DNA of 64,000 nucleotides from Raillietiella orientalis. Lineage: Eukaryota. The stretch is taken from assembly GCA_036172245.1 (NCBI GenBank), contig JAYWIR010000054.1, positions 744,001-808,000 on the forward strand, read 5' to 3'. The number at the start of each line of letters is the position of its first letter. Positions within the stretch are counted from its first letter, which is position 1. The notes under the pieces were generated by a model. The model was not told the DNA's origin. It did no database searches and worked only from the letters and a program-made list of their open reading frames with translations. Positions 61,701 to 64,000 of the stretch are shown in pieces. The translations under genes and the position numbers were made by a program.

Positions 61701-62799
61701 TGGACTTTCGCGGTGAAAAACTGTAAACGTTTAGATCTATACGGTTCCATGAAATTAAATTTTGGGACGAAGTTGCTGTACTTTTGAAGACTTTGGCCGA
61801 AAACCCCAAAGAACCAGGATGATTCTAACTAGTAACTCCAAGCAAGAAAGATTAGAATCAGATTTACAATAGGCAAGTTCCCTCTGAAGTTTCTTCCTAT
61901 GCCGTCTTGGGCTAGAAAGGTGCCTTAAAGCTTTGGTTCCTTCTTCTACTGTATTAAAGATCGAGCTTTAAGGACCTAGAGGGAATGTACAGAGACAAAT
62001 GCTACGCATGGAGAAGTGTTCCCGTCTCAAAATTGACAGAAACGAACCTCGAAGATACATATCTTGTTCTCACTACTGAGTTCATTGACACGGAGTCGAT
62101 GCACTTTTTACATTTCTGCCACAGAGTATTCCAATAAGCGACCTATCCGAATCGTGACAAGAGACGCCAGCTCAAGAAACGATACCAAGATTGCACCCAT
62201 TTTCTCGTGGTTTAATCTGGTTCCAAGGAGAAGTTGTTTCCTCAACGTTCACACCACCCAGAAGGAAAGTGCGATTATTGCTTTCATTCCTCCAAGGAGA
62301 TCTTCATTTTTCTGTGTCCCTTCATTACTCCTATGCCATCTCCGTGTTTCTCTTTGCAAGCTGTTCACTAGCCCAGTGTTCAGTGCTTCCAGAAGTGATC
62401 TCCTGCTGAGACCGTTGCTAAGTACCTTGATGTAGTGAAACAACAGATGACTCGTCCTGTGATCAAAGTTAGAGTTTGAGTCTTGGTCAGAAGGATGTCG
62501 ATGTACTCCGCGATCCCTCACTTGAGCTATGGGGAAAGTATCCCTGACTCTCTTCCGAAGGCGATTTCCCCAGACGGAGAGAGCGCTGGGATTGTGCCTC
62601 CGCCGAGCGATGGAGCTCCGACTTCAGCTGGGCATTGGGTCATTTCATTTTGCTGAACTTAAGTTTTCCCATCTACTCTAAAGACAATCTTTTTTTTTTC
62701 ATTCCTTTTCCTTTGCCTTTGCAGGTACAAGACAGAGTCTCTCCCAAGGTAGTCAAGAGCTACCCGGTTTAAGGTGGCTGCCGCTGTTCTCTGCTTCCA

Positions 62800-64000
62800 G
62801 CATGCCTACACAGACGTGAACTCTCTGTGGTGTTCAGCGCATTGGCCCTCCCCTGGGAGAGCTGAAATCTTCGACAGCCACATTCTGCATGCCAGCATCT
62901 TCTTGCTGTCCCTGTTGCCTAGAAGTGGGCTTGGTTCCATCTCGGGAGCAAACAGTGTCAAATTCAAGTTCCTGTACATCCTGGTTCTGGGAGCTGCCTT
63001 CAGAGACGAATTCATCTGCCGGGACCGAACCGAAGGCCTCGCATTGGCGCATTGGCGTCTCCTGTTTTTTCCATTCGGGAAGCATTTTTTCCAGACCCCA
63101 ACGAAGTATTTTAAAGCCAATTTTTCTACCTGAGCAGCATGAGAGCAGACACTCAGCGTTTTCGAACCGCGATAAAAAACTCCAGCAGAAGACTCTGGAA
63201 TGTTCCAATCTTTAGCGAGCCGATGCCGTGTTTTCGTGGTTGCGTGAGCGCTCCATCCGTATTCTCCAGGAGGATTTTTGGAAACGCGGATTTTTTATCT
63301 TTTGATGGAGCGTGGAAGGCGAGCCAGACCTTCACAGACCTCGTTTTGTAAACGCAGCACGATCTAACTCGATGCTGCCATGGTTACAAAGTAGTGTCAG
63401 AGAAGAGGGAACGCGAGATGTCAAGCTGTGGATGCAGTGAGGGCACGTGAAGAAGACAGTCAAAATTCAGGTGCTGTCGGAGGAGCATAACATGCCTTTT
63501 AACACTTTTTTTCTCATTTTCCGAAGAGGAAGTGTGCGTGGGATGGTGGTGGATGGCGGAAGGTTGAAATGAGAGCAAACTTGACTATTTCGTTCCTGAT
63601 GATTGAGGTAGCAGGCCAACAGGACAAATTTAGACAACACGGAGAAAGGTCGTAAGAGGAACTCCAACTCTTCTGGTGCGACCCCAGAGGAACGGGAACC
63701 TCGCCGTGCTCCTCGCAATCGGAAACTGGCGACAAGATCAGGGCACCGAATCGTGAAAAGGGATATTTTGGTCATCCGTGAGAAAACTTTGGGGCGGAAA
63801 GAGTGCAAATGGAACGAGAAACACACATCCGATGTCAAGCACACCGGCCATGAGGTTTTCCGAATGCTTTTCCATTTCGGCGCGACATTTCTCCCGGCCG
63901 TGTCCGTATCACCCAAGCCTGCGTGCATCCGAGCTCCACCCTCGTTGCCCGGACGGAAGACTCACTCCACATATCCCTTTACCTGTAGAATTCCAGGTCC
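62800..64000 (-). mobile_element. Decayed LINE RT fragment, running off the window end
   Basis: FRLRGARRGSRSSG..EFLLR (F.L.RGVRQG.PLSP-like) in ORF 63467-63928. Confidence 0.5.

Noticed and set aside
62725..62748. 24-nt plus-strand micro-exon after a strong polypyrimidine tract
   Set aside because: The donor (GTAGTC) is weak, no partner exons were found, and the T-tract may be the tail of the adjacent minus-strand LINE.

Overview
This is eukaryotic, most likely arthropod, genomic DNA. The one clear host gene is a minus-strand, multi-exon class A GPCR of the GnRH-receptor superfamily, closest to adipokinetic hormone / red pigment-concentrating hormone (AKH/RPCH) receptors. I spliced six coding exons by hand (53666-53427, 49343-49195, 47416-47311, 46283-46070, 45956-45836, 33478-33340). 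All introns are GT-AG, the phases are consistent, and they give 323 aa plus an unresolved C-terminal tail. Most of the remaining sequence, including the introns, is decayed L1/Tx1-like non-LTR retrotransposon debris on both strands, recognised by eye from ORF1 zinc-knuckle, APE endonuclease, RT and C-terminal CCHC motifs. The most notable observations are these. (1) The receptor has lost both activation-switch tyrosines (Y5.58 to W, and NPxxY to NPFVH) and has a Kozak-context, in-frame uORF. (2) Two ~99% identical 1.7-kb inverted copies with terminal hairpins bracket the whole coding region. (3) A ~0.7-kb dispersed repeat family has a tRNA-like head. (4) Host exons appear to sit inside collinear LINE ORF2 remnants. 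(5) There are several conserved hairpins and palindromes. No database searches were possible. Transposon boundaries are approximate and identities are hand estimates.
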